DNA of 63,141 nucleotides, counting the filler, from Reclinomonas americana ATCC 50394 (lineage: Eukaryota), in the NCBI GenBank assembly GCA_048213135.1. It is 13 parts of 13 records of this genome, joined end to end, with 100 filler letters (N's around TTAATTAATTAA, not from the genome) between each part and the next. Parts side by side here need not be neighbours in the genome. Positions count along the whole stretch, not along the records: positions 59,715 to 63,141 come from AFZH01018385.1; 12 more parts are not named here. One strand, given 5' to 3'. The translations under genes were made by a program, and so were the position numbers. How positions within the stretch are numbered: position 1 is the first letter of the stretch; each line of letters starts with the position of its first letter. Shown in pieces: positions 60,057-63,141 of the stretch. The notes below the pieces were generated by a model. It was not told the origin of the DNA and did not search any database. It worked only from the letters and a program-made list of their open reading frames with translations.

Positions 60057-61956
60057 TACGGTCGCAAGGAGAGCGGCACCGCGCTGCGCATGGGACACTT
60101 TTGGGAGATTGGTGCGCCACGCCCTCTCGCCTGTATCGAGTCCCTCTTTATTTGTTCACGCGACTCTCCCTCGTGCCACCAGGCGGCGGCGACAGCCTGG
60201 TGGAACTCGTGGACGTGGTGATCACACCAGAAAACGTGGAGAATTTCGTCGGCGTCATTGTGCTCGACTTGTCGCAGCCGCCGACTGTGATGCGCACGCT
60301 GCTAATGTGGATCAATCGCATCCGTGCACGCGCCACCGAGTGCGTGGAGCGGGCGTCGGCCACTGACGGCCAACTGGGACAGCGACTGGTCACCAAGATG
60401 ATGTCGTGGTTGAGCGGCAATCCCGATTTGTTGAGTCTGTGGTCCCTCGTTCGCTATTGGTGCTGCTGCCTGTTCTCATGACTGCGGCGGAACAGGGCAC
60501 GCATTCGACCGTCACTCGTGCCGGTGATTGTCGTGGCGAACAAGTATGATCAGTTCAAGACGCGAGATAATCCGTGCGTATTGAGGGGGAGAGAGTGGGG
60601 GGAAAGAGATGCAGAGAGGAACTAGTAGGCACAGCCGATGCTCCATTTTCCCGTTTTCTTGTCTTCAACTCTCTGTTATAGGTCGCTTAGCTGGCAGAGA
60701 GTTGCTTATCATCTCCTATGGTTTTGCCTCTACTTCCCCGTTTGACGTATATCGACTGTCACGACGATTCACGATAATTCTGTGTTTCTCCTCTCTTCAT
60801 GCTTCTTTTCTCGTTTCCTTGCCTTCAACGCTCTGTACGCGCTTGCTTGGTTGGGAGACTGTTGCTCGTCGTCTCCTGTGCTCGGTTTCCCCAGTTGACG
60901 TTCTGCCTTTCCCCTCTCCTCCATGCTTCTTTCTCGTTTCCTTGCCTTCGTCTCTCTGTGTACGCTTGCTTGATTGGAAGAACGCTGCTCGTCGTTTCCT
61001 GTACTTTTCCTCACTCTCCCCCGTTGACAAGGGCGATTGCTACACTCGTCGCCTCCTGCCGTTGCTGTCTTTCCTTTCTTCCTTCTACCCCTTCCTGCCC
61101 CTCACCTTGTCCACTCCGCGCCCCCTTCTCCCTCTCGCCTCCAGCGACGAACACCAAATCCTCGGCCGCGCCCTCCGCTACGCATGTCACTACTTTGGCG
61201 CCGCTCTGTGCACCACCGACGTCACCGACTCGTTGACCATGGCTGCGGTGCGGAGATCCCTTCTTCTGCCAAATTCCCCCCTAGTTGCTCACACCTTGCT
61301 TTCCCGTCGGCAGTACCGGAAACTCATGTCGCGCTACGTTTTCGACGTCTCGAGCCGAGACTCGACGCACGCCGATCCGCGCAAGCCCATGTTTATTCCG
61401 ATTGGTGCGTATTCCTTGTCCCTGACACCTCCCTTTCCCGAGCGTCTCCACTCACGATCTCCTCCGCACAGGATGCGATTCGGTGGCCGACATTGGCGCC
61501 GTGCCGGCACCCGACGAGGAGGAACTGAACTGGTGCGTTTTGGCGAAGCCGAATCGTTCCGTCTGCACTCGCTCACTGACTTCATGTTTTGTACACCAGG
61601 CTTCGGCGGCATCCCGATCAGAAGGAGGACAAGACGGAGGATGACGATCTGAACGGGTGGTGCCAGATCTTTGTCGTCGTGTTCCCCAAGTCGATCAAGA
61701 AGAAGGGTTTGTCTCTTTTCCGCTCAATGCCCTTCTTGAGTTCTGTCATGACCATTTCGCAGGCGACAAGCAAGGTGCCGGCTCATCGTCCGCATCGGCT
61801 GCCGCCTCCGACACGCACTGGATGGACACAGTGGACGACGGCGGCACATTTTTTGTTGAGAGCCCCGACTACTCGGAACCCATTATCGACTCGGTGCGCT
61901 CACAAAAGGAGGTGGAACTCGATCGGTACCGCATCCGACAGGGCGTCAGCAAGTGA
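60057..61956 (+). CDS. DYNC2LI1: Cytoplasmic dynein-2 light intermediate chain (5' exons not visible)
   Basis: YGRK..GHFWEI|GGGDSLVELVDVVITPE..VLDLSQP, VPVIVVANKYDQF, ALRYACHYFGAAL, DPRKPMFIPI|GCDS, YSEPIIDSVRSQKEVELDRYR. Confidence 0.92.
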
Positions 61957-62067
61957 GACGGCAATCGTCCACGGGAGACAATGTGAATACAACCGATACT
62001 TTTCTTCATCATTTGCATTCTGTACACTTGTCACGCCCACCCGCCTCGGGTGGATTCATGAAATCAT

Positions 62068-62495
62068 TCAGTCACCCCGCACGCGCACGCGGCGGCCATT
62101 GGCCACACGCTCCAAGATCGTGGCCTCGCACAACAGGTCGACATTGTCTGCCCCGAAGCGCTGTAGCACATGAAATGATTTAGAAAAACAGGGAGAAGCA
62201 AACTCTCTTCCTCCTTTTCGCCACTCACCGCCTGCACCGGCTCCACCAGCTCGCCCTCCTCACACTCCCACTCCTCCATGGCCACTCGCAACAACGCCTC
62301 CGCCCGCTCACCACCGAGAGCACGAGCCACCCGCATGGCGTTCTCCCGTGCAGGATCGAGCATGTGCTCCTGCACCTGGCGCACTTGATGCTCGACGGCC
62401 TCCACGCGTCGGCGAGCCGCCTCCACGCGCAGTCGTTCTTGTTGCTCGCGCACGCGTTGCCAGCCTTCAATGTCGGCTGGGAAGTGGGCGTCCAT
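62068..62495 (-). CDS. Last two exons of an unidentified gene
   Basis: Acceptor ccgcag at 62496; helical ORF ..EEGELVEPVQA|RFGADNVDLLCEATILERVANGRRVRVRGD*. Confidence 0.65.
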
Positions 62496-63141
62496 CTGCG
62501 GAGATGGAGAGGGAGAGAGAGAGGGGAGAAGAGGTTATCGAAAAGGCGATCTCCACGTGGGTTTTCTTGGCCCTCTCTTCCGTGCTGCTGTTCCATCTCA
62601 TCCCTACTCAAGCTCTTTCCTTCCTTCCAAAGTTCTACCTCTCACGTTCCTCAATCGACTCAATTGTCCACTCATACTCGTCTACCGCATGGTCACGTTT
62701 CCCCGTCACGTCCAACCTCTGTCTCTGTTCTCCATATTCCTTTTGTCGCCTCCATTCTCAGTACTCTCGCTTCCTTTCCTCCCTCTGTTCTCCTCCTCCT
62801 CCTTCCCGTTTCTTGTCCTCTTCCCTTGCTTCCCACCTGTCCATTCATGCTTCTCCCGCCAATCTCACAGCTCGCTCTCCTTCCAACCACCAATGACCCA
62901 CGAAGATGAACCATTCACACCGCTCTCAGCTCTCATCTCAGCTCTCATCTCAGCACCTCCTCAGCATGCAGACATACTCCTGCTGCCCCTTCTCTTTGTC
63001 TCTCATGCATGCTTGCTCTTATCGCGCTCTCCACCTTCCCGTCTTCCTCTGCATCTGCAAAGCATCATTAGCTCCCTCCCTCTTCGGCTTGTCTAATCAT
63101 GCTTTTCCTGCCAATCTCACAACTCCCTTCCCTCTTGCAAT

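Overview
Scaffolded nuclear DNA of an intron-rich, flagellated eukaryote (protist). DYNC2LI1 and CCDC13 indicate a cilium; the species cannot be named from sequence alone. Twelve artificial 100-nt gap linkers (N44-TTAATTAATTAA-N44) interrupt the window, but several genes run across them. About 18-20 genes were rebuilt by hand from roughly 105 GT-AG introns: a HECT E3 ligase, phosphatidylserine synthase, an intronless WD40-like protein, a Fringe/GT31 glycosyltransferase, a TPR-coiled-coil-RLK/Pelle kinase-RING fusion, a Cys-rich membrane protein, a PHO84-type transporter, an I78-type protease inhibitor, SDHAF2, eIF3f, a degenerate and an intact hydroxylysine-kinase-like gene in tandem, CCDC13, GPATCH3, START and RhoGAP segments, and DYNC2LI1. 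The strongest unexplained signal is in splicing. About one in five donors is a +1-shifted variant (GTTGCG/GTTGAG/GTCGCG) that almost always lacks the exonic -1 G. The kinase needs two consecutive 4-nt microexons. Long introns are polarised, G/A-rich after the donor and C/T-rich before the acceptor, and contain unrelated tandem duplications of about 143 nt. There is also a candidate structured RNA at about 14.0-14.2 kb. All gene models are manual and lack transcript support.
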